Part shown: piece after piece, positions 1-13,130 of the stretch | How positions within the stretch are numbered: position 1 is the stretch's first letter | How the letters are laid out: each line of letters begins with the position of its first letter | Assembly (NCBI RefSeq): GCF_021869535.1 | Contig: NW_026262712.1 | Span: 62,744,001 to 62,808,000 of the forward strand | From: Mytilus californianus | Taxonomy: Eukaryota | Reading direction: 5' to 3' | Length of the DNA: 64,000 nucleotides | Program-made: the position numbers and the translations under genes | The notes under the pieces: model-generated | Told to the model about the DNA's origin: nothing | Database searches by the model: none | What the model saw: only the letters and a program-made list of their open reading frames with translations

Positions 1-136
1 CAGTAAACCATGAGGTCTACGTGTTTTCAAAATATGGATGAGCTAGGAAATTAACAGAAATCGAGATGAAACGAATATTGTATTGCTTTCTTAATGTTCT
101 CTGACGGATACTACTTACAATTAATCTACTGAAGCA

Positions 137-470
137 AGGATTCCTAGTCGTAAAGTCGAATTGATCACTTCGGAAGTTTTACTTGTGATTTCATGAGTTG
201 GTTGGCTATTATGGAATATCTGTGTAGATAACAACGAATATGTTTCGATTATCGTAGCCAATCTTTCGTCCTGTTTCCTCAATGATGACATCGAGTGTGC
301 TTTAACAAAATATTCGTTCTTACCATGAACAACACGACAGGTCCCACATTTTTAGAAAGAAGGAAATACCAATCCTTCGTAGGCACCTGATATCAACCTG
401 GTAAATGGAAGTGTTGATCAGTCGTATGTTTTGTTTAGAATGTTGTTTGTATTTTCGTCTTTTGTTCTCT
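137..470 (+). mobile_element. Degenerate 3' end of a Penelope-like retroelement
   Basis: Diverged match to the better-preserved copy at 3817-4521 (SLRKF-like, gagttggttg...tatggaatatctg, caacacgacaggtcccaca, cacctgatatca). Boundaries approximate. Confidence 0.55.
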
Positions 471-1041
471 TTTTTTTTTCTTTTTTTTTCATACTTTAAA
501 TAAGCTCAACATAGAAACCAAGAATAAAATTGTGTATGCCAGATGCGCGTTTCGTCTACAAAAACTCATCATTGACGCTCGAACCAAAAAGTCAACAAAA
601 AAAAAAGATCAAATAAAGTAAGCAGTTGAAGATCATTGAAAACTTAAAATTTCAAAACTTTGAGTTTTAATGTTCGCCGTTGTATATCTTCCGCTTCTTA
701 TTTTATAATAATTTAGACACAATTCTATTATTGCTTTTTATCTTACTTTTAATTATGCAGTAGAAACATTATTTAATTGATTGATTGTTATGAAATGCAG
801 GATATATGGGGGTATACGTCAAACGACTTTATAACCAAATGAAATCAAACAGTCTTCAACAATAGACAGTTGTTAATACAATATGTCAACTTTTTAATCG
901 TCAGGAGAGTACTAAAGTTGTGAATAAAAGTGTTGCCTTAACGTTCTGTAGAATAAATCAAATCGAACTGTTTTTATTTTCAAGTCAAGGTTGCTATATT
1001 ACGACCTAATGTTTATAACAAACAAGTAACTATATTTTCAG

Positions 1042-1188
1042 CCCTTCCAGTGCTTACAATTGGTCTTCGGTTTTTATCAACCAGACAGTGTTTAATGATA
1101 GCTGGTGTTTTGTCCAGTGCGGCTTTTATTGGTGGGAGCTTTGCAACCAACACAACAACATTACTTTTTACAAATGGGTTTTTATCAG
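1042..1188 (+). CDS. SLC16A: SLC16/monocarboxylate transporter (MFS), internal coding exon (TM3-TM4); upstream exons lie outside the window
   Basis: ttttcag acceptor and GTATAC donor; 147 nt, phase 1-1. Reads LPVLTIGLRFLSTRQCLMIAGVLSSAAFIGGSFATNTTTLLFTNGFLSG and joins in frame to the exon at 2256. Absent from the ORF track. Confidence 0.85.
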
Positions 1189-2255
1189 GTATACATGTAC
1201 TATATTGTAGGTTTTGTCAGTATTTTTAATAAAGTCAAGAATAGTGTAAGGAGAAAATGATAGGGGAACCGAACAAAACAATAGATCGGAGATCTACGGA
1301 CAAACCAGAGGATAAGAACAAAACTGGTACCATAATATTCAGTGTTTTGAAAAAAAAATATTTGCGTGCGAAAGGTTAATGCTCAGGAACCGAATTAAAA
1401 ACAGGACAACAATAGTAGAAAAAAAAACCAACTAAGCAAAGCAACAACAAAAAATGTATAACCGATGTTTGCTTCCAGACAAAAGAAATATGAATTATCA
1501 GCATAATGAGCTATGTTCCCTCTGTTTAATAGTCGGGAGAACATCAACAATTAATATCAACAATATAAATCCAATGTAAAACACGCTTTACTTCGTGAGT
1601 CAAATGTAGACGAAAAACGCATCTGCCGTTCATTTTTACCAAACTATACCGTGGTATCTTCGATGAGTTTTCACAAACATCAGGAGTAACAGAATAGGTT
1701 TCAGACTACCACATGCAATGAACAGATCAAAAGAAAATTCCCAATTACTGTTTTCAATCTTGTTGTAATGGTTTATGATCTAAACAAAAACATATAAGGA
1801 TATTTTTTTTTAAATTGATTTTTTAGTAGCTTTATAAGAAAATCATGATTTGAACTCACTTTCTGTGTCAAATCATTTTAATCTTACAGGGAAACATACT
1901 ATCTTGCATTGTAAATTTAGTGAAGTATTGTAACAGCACTGGAATTTATTAATTTGTGAATAGTAATGCTGCTTCGTTCAACAGATATTTCTTTTAAAAA
2001 TAACAGACACCTACTAGAAAAATATGACACACACACATACACATTTATTCCCAACACAAATTCTAACAAAAAACAAACAAAACAGAAATAGCATAAAAGG
2101 AGGAAAGAAGAAAGGGTGGTATCGAAGAAAAGCTTCTTTTTTAACAAAAATAAAATCGGTCAATTAAAAAGAAAATGATTCAACTCAATATATTTCACGT
2201 ACTGAACTGTTTTTTTTTTCTTTTTTGTTTTTACATATCGATTTATAATTTGTAG

Positions 2256-3344
2256 GTCTAGCGTTTTCATTTTTACATGGACCACTAGCTTATTTGATCG
2301 GCATCTACTTTATCAAACGACGAAATTTAGCCCAGGCAATAACTATATCCGGTGGTCAGCTAGGAGGTCTACTTTTCCCTCCACTTTATGGATATTTAAT
2401 CAGAGAGTATGGATTACAGGGTGGAATGCTTCTTACTGGAGGAATTCATCTAAATATAATTGCTTTGGCAATTCTGTTAAGGCCAAAAAGAATCAACATT
2501 ATGACGACAATTCAAGAGACACGAAACAGTCAGCATTTTAGAACATCAAATATAGCAGAAAGAAAACAGATGATTCTAAACGATGAAGATGAAATGATGG
2601 CTTCAAATGGAATGCTCAATGAAATGAAACGAAGTTTTAGTGAAAGTCTTTTAAAAAAAGTCGTAAAACACGAGCCAGTGGCAAATCATATACTGTGTAA
2701 TTCAGATCTGCATATGACCAAACATACCAGAGATCGAATAATAACTGAAAAATATGTCGATAGTTTGTCACGTTCCAACATACTTAGTATTGTAAGCAAT
2801 TCATTGCCAGTTTTGAGAGTTAGTAATAGATCGCAAATTCTGATAAAAAGGGAAGCGAAACAAAGTTGCTGTCAATTTGTAGATAAAAGTGTGATGGAAG
2901 CGCCATTCATGTGGATTTATGCGTTGGTTTATTGCTTCGGGAGAGTGCCTAATGCATACAACAGTATTTATATTGCGCCGCTTGCACACGAATCAGGCAT
3001 TAGCGATAGCAGAATTGCAGATCTTGTTTCGCTAATTAATGCATGCGATTTTATTGGAATGATTTTATGTGGTTTCGTAGCAGATAGAAAACTTTTGGAA
3101 AACTATGTCATTGTCATATTATATTTGTGTTTCACTGGTGTGTGTTTGTCTCTCTCATCATTATGTTCAGCATATTGGCATTTTATACTATTTTCTATTG
3201 CGACTGGTATTAGTGCTGGGGGAATATTTGCATTGACGCCAACAGTGGTGGCAGATTTTATGGGAATAGAAAATTTTAGATCTGCTATGGGTATTCTAGT
3301 TCTATTTCAAGGAGTAAGTTTGGCAGCTTCTGCACCATTCCTTG
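2256..3344 (+). CDS. SLC16A: SLC16/monocarboxylate transporter, large internal exon (TM5-TM11 with the long cytoplasmic loop)
   Basis: tgtag acceptor and GTATGT donor; 1089 nt. Contains the MCT signature GIYFIKRRNLA...GGQLGGLLFPP and the later motifs GFVADRK and LTPTVVADFMG..NFRSAMG. Overlaps track ORF 2294-3358. Confidence 0.92.
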
Positions 3345-3816
3345 GTATGTTTATTTAGGATTAAATGTATTCATTTTCAAGATAAAACAAAACAATTGTT
3401 TGTCAGTTATATCATCGATCGTTAATTCAAATTTAAAAAAAAAAAATTCTTCCCAAATATATATCGTCATCGGGTTTCACTTGGACAATGTCACATTTAA
3501 TTATTTAAATACATTATTTTTTTATGTTATATAAGGAAATGAAATAGGTTCTTTATTCAGCACCCCTTTATTCTTTACTGATTTTTTACCTTTTTTTCTC
3601 TTCTTTATTAGTTTTTGTATATTTTTTTCTATTTTTTTTTTTTCTTTTTGTTAACCATACGTTCTACACTTTTTGCCCAGTATTCTGTTTTCTCATTTCT
3701 GTAAAACCTATTCAGACCATCATTGGATATGTATATATCAAATCGTTGACAAAAAGAAAAAACCTCACTTCAATTAAAAAAAAGGATTACCAATGCATTA
3801 TATGTTTAATGCAAAG

Positions 3817-4521
3817 GAAGAAAGATAAGAAGTTAGCAATATCCTTTAACTTTACGTTCCGCTATATAGACGATGTTCTCTCACAGTTGTGACAATGAGG
3901 GTCGGTGGAAAACAAAACGACAAAAGAGATGATTTCAGCTTCCCAATTGTGAACTTTCAATTTCTATGTAGCAACATTCCAGCAGCGCCAGCATACGGAG
4001 TATATATCTCCCAATTGATACGATATTCCCGGGCTTGTATTTCCTATCATGATTTCCTTGATAGAGGATTGCTGCTCACAAGGAAGCTATTAAACCAAGA
4101 GTTCCAAATGGTGAAGTTGAAATCATCCCTTCGTAAATTTTACGGACGCCATCACGAGTTGGTTGACCGTTATGGAATAACCGTTTCACAGATGATATCG
4201 GATATGTTCCTTACGTCGTAACTACAATACCCTACCCTTTTTACGAATATGACCTACCGAATTAGACTATTTACCGGACTTGTAATAACATAAGCAACAC
4301 GACGGGTGCCACATGTGGAGCAGGATCTGCTTACCCTTCCGGAGCACCTGAGATCACTCCCAGTGTTTGGTGGGGTTCGTGTTGCCTAGTTTTTAGTGTT
4401 CTATGTAGTGTCATCTTTACTATTATTTGTCTGTTTGTCTTTTTATTTTTGGCCATTGCGTTGTCAGTTTGTTTTCGATCTATGAGTTTGACTGTCCCTC
4501 TGGTATCTTTCGTCCCTCTTT
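3817..4521 (+). mobile_element. Internally deleted Penelope-like (Naiad/Chlamys-like) retroelement fragment in an SLC16 intron
   Basis: KKLAISFNFTFRYIDDVLS (YIDD at 3863-3874), then a deletion, then the RT thumb DKRDDFSFPIVNF.FLCSNIPAAPAYGVYISQLIRYSRAC...LRKFYGRH. Followed by a 3' tail that recurs elsewhere in the window. Confidence 0.8.
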
Positions 4522-4640
4522 CAGATACTTATGTAGAGTATGAGTTACAATGTATGTCTTGATTAGAGAACCGGACATTGTTTGATGTTGTTGACAAATC
4601 CAGTTGCATCTTATAACTGTTTGTTGTTTTTTTTTTGCAG

Positions 4641-4777
4641 GATATTTAAAAGATAGGAGTGGAACATACGTTACATCATTCTATTTTTTGGGTGGATGTG
4701 ATATACTTTCTGCCTTTATTTTTACTCTTGGTCTTGTATACATTAGGAAACTCAAAAAGAAAAGTGTTAGTGAATAA
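4641..4777 (+). CDS. SLC16A: SLC16 terminal coding exon, copy A (TM12 and stop)
   Basis: T-rich gcag acceptor; phase-1 continuation PFL-G-YLKDRSGTYVTSFYFLGGCDILSAFIFTLGLVYIRKLKKKSVSE*; AATAAA motifs downstream. Confidence 0.9.
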
Positions 4778-5060
4778 ACTTTGAAATTTTTTTTTGTACA
4801 AAAGCAATGTCGAACAACGTATGGCATCAGTGAATTGTTACGATTTTTTACAATCGCAAACAGATGAGATCGGAAATTGATTTTCATTGCAAAATAGTAT
4901 AGTCATTTGAATTATGAATAAAGATACAGTAATAACGTTCATGAAAAAATTAAGATCTATGATACAAGATTTCGGGCGGGAGTTTTCAAATAAAATGAAA
5001 CAAGCACTGTAACACAATTTACCTCCAATGTTTTGTTAGACACAATAATCATATATAAAG

Positions 5061-5157
5061 ATAAGAAGATGTGGTATGATTGCCAATGAGATAACTATTC
5101 ACCAAAGTTCAAATGAAGTGAATGTGAGCAATTATAGGCAACCGTACGGTCTTCAAA
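5061..5157 (+). repeat. Partial copy of the abundant dispersed non-autonomous repeat (ataagaagatgtggtatgattgccaatgag family)
   Basis: Matches copies at 13939, 17974, 39760, 52725, 56720 and 58070. Present in the copy-A 3' UTR but absent from the homologous copy-B UTR near 7465. Confidence 0.75.
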
Positions 5158-6867
5158 AGTAACAATATATCGGTTTCAGAACACTGCAAACAAGATACAT
5201 ATACTTACTATCAATTAAACAATGTCTGTTGTCTGCATTGACCAAATTCATAAAAGAACACATAGTATATCTTGAAAATGACTTATAAATACTGATTTTA
5301 TCAAACCTATTGAAGACTATAGGGTTTTTTCTTGATGTCTTTGATCATAACACCACACATCGGCCTCCCTTTATCTATACGAATTTTATGCGAAACTCGT
5401 TCCCAGTGTTAGGACCTAAGTTTTGACCATTTTCCTAAAATCTAATCTTTACATGTTACAAGTAAAATTATGCTTTTTTCCTTTGGTTTCTTGGTAGCAA
5501 CAGATGCATTGTTAGTCATATTTGCTTTGCGTGGAAGTCAAAAAAATATGGGTCACTAAAACTATCTCTAAACTATAGTTAAAATTTAGCGACGGGTTAA
5601 GATATCCTAACGCTATCGGTAGCTAATGCTACCGTTAAATCAAGTTGGTCAACATCTTTTTAACCTTGCGTTACGTAACGCTAGGTTAAACCTTTTAACG
5701 ACACATTGAGGGTAACACTAGCGTTGAGTTAACGACAAGTTGAAAAACCGGCCCCTATAGTTTAGCACTTAAAACGGTGTTGATTTCATTATTAGTGTTA
5801 AACACGAGATCGGCTTACTGGTATATTTTAGTTAGGGGTTTCTGCTGGTCACATAACAGAAATATAGAAATATTTAGCAGCTTTATATGCGTTAATCATC
5901 ATTTTAGGCGGAAAAAAGCTTATACTGATACAAGAATAAGATAATTTGTAATTCTTGAGTCTGCATTGCATAGTCTACGTATTTGTGATTATACGATTAC
6001 CAAGATTAGGTTGCTGGATTCCGGGTTATTTAGGTTGTGAGATTGACATAATAGCAAAGAAGAAAGATGGGTGTATAACTATGTATAACTATAGAGTATT
6101 TACTTGTATCAAGGGAATAATCATGAAAGAAATACTTTAAAACCATTTTAATTATCTGTTATTGAACTACTGATTGATTGATTGTTGTTTGTTTTACGCA
6201 GCCTCAGCACAAAAGAAAACAAACCATATAGGTAACTAATTTTGAATCATTTGATAGAGCCTTGAATACTAAATATTGTACTTATAAAAACAACTGGTGT
6301 GAGATAAACTTTTAAGTGGAATAGATGACTTGGTGTCTTGTGTCTTTAGTTGTTTCCTCATAGTTATTGTATAAATCTGTTGTTTATCAAATATGCAGTT
6401 TGGTCTTGAAAATGATTATGAGATGCTGATAAGTGTAAAACAGATTGCCCACAATTAGAGACGCTCGGACGATGGCAAATTTAAAAGTTGTTAGTTCATT
6501 ATTCCTTTTATTTGAATAGGGAGATGGAAGAGGGTCCTTTCCCTTGAGTCTTAATTCTTTATTGTTGAGACCATTTTTCTTCATATTTATATTTCAGTTC
6601 CCCATTTTTCTCTATTCCTTTTTCTTTGGCCTCTTTTTCTTTACTCTTTGTTTTTTGTTATTGATTAATTCTACACGTTTTGCTCATTGACTCTATTCTG
6701 TAAACCCTCATCTAGACCCTCATAGAACATGTATATATGGATTATCTCTCGTTTAACGAAAGGAAATACACCACTTAGAAAATTATTAACCGAACAAGAT
6801 TACCATTACATGATATGTATAATGCATTGGTCGAGTAATTATGTAGAGAAAAACAAAGGGTATGGGG

Positions 6868-7090
6868 TATCCATCCATGACACAAAGTCAGTTCATGCAC
6901 AGCAAATAACACATAAAAAGCAAAGGAACAGCGCTTTGATTGCTGTTTTTCATCTCAAATTCACAGTGAGGCCTTCAACACGGAACAAAAAAACTCACCT
7001 CACTGCAGGTTTAAGACGGCCCCAAGCACTGGTTTGAGCGGAATTATTTGCAAAATAATTCGGGTAAACTTTGTAAGCTGTACCTCACCA
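6868..7090. repeat. Dispersed repeat of unknown class
   Basis: caaaggaacagcgcttt...ctcacctcactgca.gtttaagacggcccc recurs at 45061-45250; its left part (ccatgacacaaa.tcagttcatgcac) recurs near 40460-40500. Confidence 0.7.
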
Positions 7091-7193
7091 AAACATGAGT
7101 TATGTTCTCTCCGAGGCGTAAAGACGATGTATTGGTTTGATTAGTTATTTGTAGGTGTAATTACATTTCATTATATTCTCTTATTTTCTGCAG

Positions 7194-7330
7194 GATACTT
7201 AAGAGAAATGAATGGAACATACGTTACATCGTTCTATTACTTGGGTGGCTGTGATCGTCTTTCTGCCTTTAGTTTTACTATTGGTCTCGTATACATGAGG
7301 AAACTCAAAGAAAAAAGTGTTAATAAATAA
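7194..7330 (+). CDS. SLC16A: SLC16 duplicated terminal coding exon, copy B (possible alternative last exon)
   Basis: ttattttctgcag acceptor; same phase and same 137-nt length as copy A. Reads GYLREMNGTYVTSFYYLGGCDRLSAFSFTIGLVYMRKLKEKSVNK*. The 3' UTR is also homologous to that of copy A. Confidence 0.7.
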
Positions 7331-9384
7331 ACTTTGAACTGACTTTCTGTACAAAAGACGGATGTTGTAAAGATATAAGAATTCGGGCGGCAGCTTTCCA
7401 ATAAAATGAATAAAGAACTATGACACAATTTACCCTCAATGTTTTGCTAGACACAATAATCATATCAATCATATCGGTTTGAGAAAACAGCAAACATGTA
7501 CTTGTACTTACAATTAAAAAAGCAAGATACCGGTATGTTTCCTACCTTGGCATAATACATTAAATAACGCAAAGTGAATCTTGAAAATCACTCATAAAGT
7601 CTAAAAATTGAGATTTTTTTTTTTTTTTTTTTTGTATAGTTAGATTGTTGTCTCATCTACACATTACCTACATACGCCATCTTTTATATAAGCATCGTTC
7701 TAAATGTAGGGTCACATCTTAGTAATGGCCTGTTTACTACTATCTAGTCTTCACATGTTTCACTTTACAAGTTATCATTTCATTGATTAAATGTAGATTA
7801 CTAATGTGATGTTCGCGTGTAAGTTACATTATATAGAATTACAAAGACTAAAAATATGAACAATGTAAAATAAAAAAACAAACAAATAAGCGCAGGGACT
7901 TGCACTTCTGAATATACGACACGGGGTTTGTTTTCTATTCTTTTTTTAATTCATAAAAGACCAAACACGTAGTTTTGACGTCCGTCTGCCCATCCGTTCC
8001 TTGAGCACGACTCAAAATGATTTGTGTTTTTAAACGATTATTTCTAATATGTTTGTAAATTTTCGGAATGCCACGTTTAATAAAAAAAAAAAGAACTTTC
8101 CACCTTTCTCTTGTGACAACAATTAGACCAAGCGTTTTCGAGCTACGTGACTTAAACATGTTTAATCGTAAAAAAACTACTCATTTATTCAAATATATGC
8201 CTGGTGATAATTACAGCCTATTTTCGACAAATAACATAAATATTTTGGGTATAACTTAATTAATAAAATTAATCTCACTTTTGATTTAGACGATTTGCTG
8301 ATAAGTCGTCCCAATAGTTATTTGACTTTCATTGTCCAAATTCGGCATTTTACATTCGATTCACAAAAAAATGCGTTTTCTTTCTTTAATCATCATGCAT
8401 GTTTGCTCACTGCAAGGTTTCGAAGAGTAAAGGTACTTTTCGATTTGGAAAATTTAAAGTTAAGCCTCATTCAGTGATGGACCTTTAAGTACTTAACTTT
8501 TCATATCTCTGGTGAGAGCGCATTTATGCTTTTATCAAATCACGTGATTTATTTTGCGTCCTACAAAGAAGTTTTCTTCCAATTTGATGTTTTTCATAGT
8601 AAAGTTATCTTAAAAATCTCACTTTTCATAGATATAACTACTTACTGTATTATGATTCAACGAATCGTTATTTTCATTTTCTTGAAAACTATTTAAAACT
8701 AGCCGTTTTCCTTTAATTGCACATCGGTGAACCCCTCAGAGTATATACAGGGATTGTTAAAGCACTAGTCATTCAACCTGCTATGCAAAAAAATATTTCA
8801 CGAATAAACATTTGCATCCAGACACATTATGCACATTTCATCCATCGAAAGACGTGCACCTATTTAACCAATTATGGTGCAAGAAGAATGGTGACAAGCA
8901 TTACCGAATTTGCACTTACGATGGGCAACTTGTGGAGATGGATCTTCTTACACTTACGGAGATCATGGGATCCCCCCATGTTTCTCAGTCTTTGGTTTTC
9001 TTTGTAGCGTTTTATGTACCTACTTGTTTTTTCTTTGTCTTTAATTTTTTGTTTGCCATGCCATCTCAATTTGTGAGCTTTGAATATCTTCTTGGTACTG
9101 TCCGCCTTTTTTTGCGAATGTGTAATGAAAATTGAGATGAGCTTTTACCACAAAAACAAAGCATGTCAGAATTCGTCAGTGGTTCTTTTGTGTCAAAATT
9201 TGGAAGACTTTGGTGGTCATAGCAGTTTATATACAGTATCTGCTCTACTCATTTACATCTTACAGTACACTAGGGCCGATTTAAGCTTAAATATTACCTT
9301 TCTACTGTAACAGTGGAATATTTTATATGTTAATATAGTAAGGGTCGTTGGATTGCTGTCTCATTGACGTATAAAACCCCTAAG

Positions 9385-9745
9385 GGTGACTAGGGAATAG
9401 AAGTATGGCCACTCTTGGTCTTTTTCGACCAGCAGTAAAACTCTTGCCAAAGAGGGAAATCCGTTTGGCTGTGCGGGATGTATAAATACGCGTCAACGTC
9501 CGGTCAGAATGGGGAGTGCTGCCACGCTCCCTGCACGTTAAGAATCCTTGCAACAACCCTTTGATGGGTCCTTATGTGACCCGTTCCAAGTCTAAACGTC
9601 TGTCCCTGTCCAATTTACTGTCAAAAAGAGGACATCCTCATTTTCCAGAGGCAGTCCAAATTTCCCGACATTAAAGGACCAACCTATAGTATTTGTCGTT
9701 AATTTTGTTCTTGTCCTGAACATAAATTAAATATTTGACACTTTT
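9385..9745 (+). mobile_element. SINE, MetaSINE-like (bivalve type), degenerate
   Basis: Core gtccggtcagaatgggg...gccacgctccctgcacgttaagaatccttg and 3' tail ttgtcctgaa...aaatatttgacact; second copy at 48595-48870. Family assignment from recalled Meta-domain consensus. Confidence 0.55.
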
Positions 9746-10639
9746 AATTTAATGATCTTTTTGCTTTTTTATATTGCCAAATGTTTGATGTACCTTTTAC
9801 TTCTAATTACTCTTTTCTTGAGAGTATTTATAAATTTATTGTGTTCATGTATATTCTGTATTGTGTGTCTGTTTTTGGTTTTTCAATAAAACAAAAATCT
9901 CCTATACGATACAGTTTCGTCCAAAATTGCAGCTTTCAATCATATTTTAGGGTAGAGTCTACAACTCCATTCTAAATAAAATAAATTGGCCTTTATTTTT
10001 AGAAATATATCCGGATGAGTTTTCCTTTTATACAAAATAAGAATGTGTTTACAATATACATTGTATTTGTTTTCCTTTAAGTTGTAGATATCTATTCCAG
10101 GCATTAATTTGTTTGACTGTTGTCACAGTTATATTGATTTAAAAAAGATGTTAGGTACATCATGTAAACCTCTATACATAAATACGGAGAAACAGTAGGT
10201 TACTAATGATTTGAACTCGTAAATCTGTTTTGAATATACAAACAGAGGAAAACATCTTTCATTTTATAAGTGGTAATTTCAATTTGTGTGATGTAATGCA
10301 GAGGAAAACAGCAACCAAAATCATCCATGCTAAAATAAAAAAAAAAACAAAACCATTCGGAAAACTCATGGGCAATGACCATTGCCAGCGAAAACTGTTT
10401 ATACAAAAAGTGCAGCATGTTCTTCTCTTTGACTTGTGTATAATATATAATATTTATTTTTAAAGGGTGACTGAGATTGTCAGTGACTATGCAATATCTT
10501 TTCACTATATCTCACCAGAACAAATGCGTGTATTAGATTTTTGTTTACCATTTAAGACCTTTTATCTCAGATGGTGCCATAAAAACAAAATACATATATG
10601 GTTTGGCGATATCTGACCACAGCTTTTATTCATCATATA

Positions 10640-10760
10640 GATTCATATGATATATATATATATATATAGATAGATAGATGTATATGTATATGTAGATAGA
10701 TATATGGTTGGTTACCTGAAGATAATATGGCAACCTTGCAGATAGATAGATAGATATATA
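10640..10760. repeat. Compound (TA)n/(GATA)n microsatellite
   Basis: Directly visible; it generates the spurious ORFs 10626-10829 and 10633-10827. Confidence 0.9.
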
Positions 10761-12479
10761 TGAAAATGTAAAGATGCACCGTGGGATACACTGGTGCTTT
10801 AAATTTAGAAAACACCGTGGGATACACAAGTGTAGTCTGTATTATCCAAAAACCTTAAATTTCATAGTTAACATTAAGATTCTATGCAGCGAATTCTGCC
10901 ACATTGACGGAGGAAAACAGAGACTCTGTCAACCGCCATAAAAAGGGCGGTTCGCTGCAAAGCTGTGAACCAGATAACTATAGACAGATAGATAGATATA
11001 TTATTTAAAGTACAACTTGGTACATAAATATGTTAAATAATCAATATGGTGTTTTGTGAACAACTGTTCAAAAACATATTTACCTACACAGATAAAAATA
11101 CTAACCAAAACTACACAAAACCATAAGATAGTTGATTGTATTTGTATATCATAAAATATAGTATATTATAGTATATCATCAAATAAATATTCAAGATGTT
11201 TAACAATTCATTTCATAAGCATGTTGGTTAAGGGTGACAAGTGAGAACCATCAAGTTGAAAAATTTCTGATCTGATCGAAAATCATGATATCGTAAGTAG
11301 CAACCCTGACAGCTAATTATAAAGGCAATAATATAGTAGTATATTCTAGATCTATAGCAACACAAGTCCATGCTTTGCAATAACCTAATCAAATTTGAAA
11401 CCATACTACTTAAGAATTGATGAACCGCATAATCCATCTGATCACGTTCTTTATCTCATTGAGCAAAAATCCCACTCTAGAACTACCTGTGTCATTACCT
11501 GCTACATGTTTTATTAAGAAATATGGTGGATCCTCATAGTTTCATTGTTCTGAGTTAACTTTTAACATGCTTGACAATCATGCCATCACAAAGATTCATT
11601 TCAATGCCTAGACCTAAGTCAACCCCATCTAGAGGATGTCGGTCTGCTACAAAAACATACTTACTATTGAGGATTCTACTATCCAAACATTATAGCTATA
11701 TAGGATCTCCTACAATTCTTATACGGCAATTAGCTACATGGAAGTATATGTACATATGTAAAACAAATACAATTTAAAGCATAATTAATCGAGAAAAATA
11801 ATGATTCTTCTGTAACCCCTGTATTAAGTTGTCAGCATTGGATCTCCGACCCTTTAATAATCCTCAAAAACAATAGAAAAGACAGCTTCAAACAAACTGC
11901 ATTCATACCAAGTTTAACCAACACAAGATAAGGAAATATTTGCTAGACTTCAGCATGACTCTGGTTAAGGTAAATGTAAATCATTGTCCTTAGGCCTGGA
12001 GTGTTTAATACCTCCTTAAAAACTGTCAAACCTCAAATTTTTTTTGACACATCTGTTAAATTTTCCTAAAAAATATCCAAATCTAGTAAATAAGTAATGT
12101 CACAATTATATTGAGAGAGATACAAAATGTACAAGTAAGCAATACCTCAACAATTCATAGAGAGAGAAAGGAAATGTATTCATTAAAACAATTAGAGATC
12201 TGAACTCATGAAAAAAATAAATCTATATGTACTAGGTGCTATGGAACTTACAATTAAACGGTTACTAAAGGCCTGAAATAACAGTAATAAATTCCCGTGG
12301 GGTTATAGCAGGAAAAACATCTGCAGTTGGGACCAAGCATCTGAAGCGATCCACCTAAAAACCAGAAATGGCTTCAGCCATAAGAAAAATTTGTACCAGA
12401 TCAGTGATAATGAATGTCATACTAAACTCCGAAATATATGAACTAAAATAAAAACTCATACAAGGTTAACAAAGGCCAG

Positions 12480-13130
12480 AGGCTCCAGACTTGGAACAGG
12501 CACTAAAATGCAGAGGGGTTAAATTAAACAAGCTTTTTAAAATCTCAACCCAATGAAGAAGAAACAAAGACACAGCAATACGCACAGTAAAAATCACACA
12601 GAAGTCCGAGTCCAATAACAGAATAGGTAACAAAACAAACAAAACAAAAATTGAAAATGACAATATTACATAAACAACAAAGGACTACAAACAGTTACTG
12701 ACATGCCAGCTCCAGACCTTATTTTAACTGTTCGAAAGATTATGTCTTCATTATATTAAATATCTAGCACCATCCTTCCATTGGGAGTTTAGTATCATAC
12801 CATCATAAAATATATTAGAGGAACATTAACCGTATCATACCAGCAACTGGTTTAAGAATAAATGAGTTTATGTCCGATGCAAAGACTGTGCAAGTGAATC
12901 AATATTAAAGTCAAAAATGCTTTTTTTTTTTGTTTTTTTTTTTTTTTTTTTTGTTTTTTTTGCAGGCAACAGTTTTCCTTCTTCATAAGTTTGCTTTAAT
13001 GTTTTGTTAGCTTTTGAGGTAAACCTGGCATTTTGTGCTTTGTAAAGAATATTACCATAAAAGATTATAGATGGGAAATACCTGAATGTGTAAGATGTCT
13101 ATGTTGAAGTGAATTTCTTATAATGTAATA
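12480..13130 (-). mobile_element. Degenerate 3' fragment of a second Penelope-like family
   Basis: Minus strand retains HSGISH and FYGNILYKAQ, which I recall as the post-thumb C-terminus of Naiad-like RTs; many stops and frameshifts. Boundaries approximate. Confidence 0.5.

Noticed and set aside
3889-4221. 110-aa ORF as a host gene
   Set aside because: It is the RT thumb of a Penelope-like fragment lying inside an SLC16 intron.
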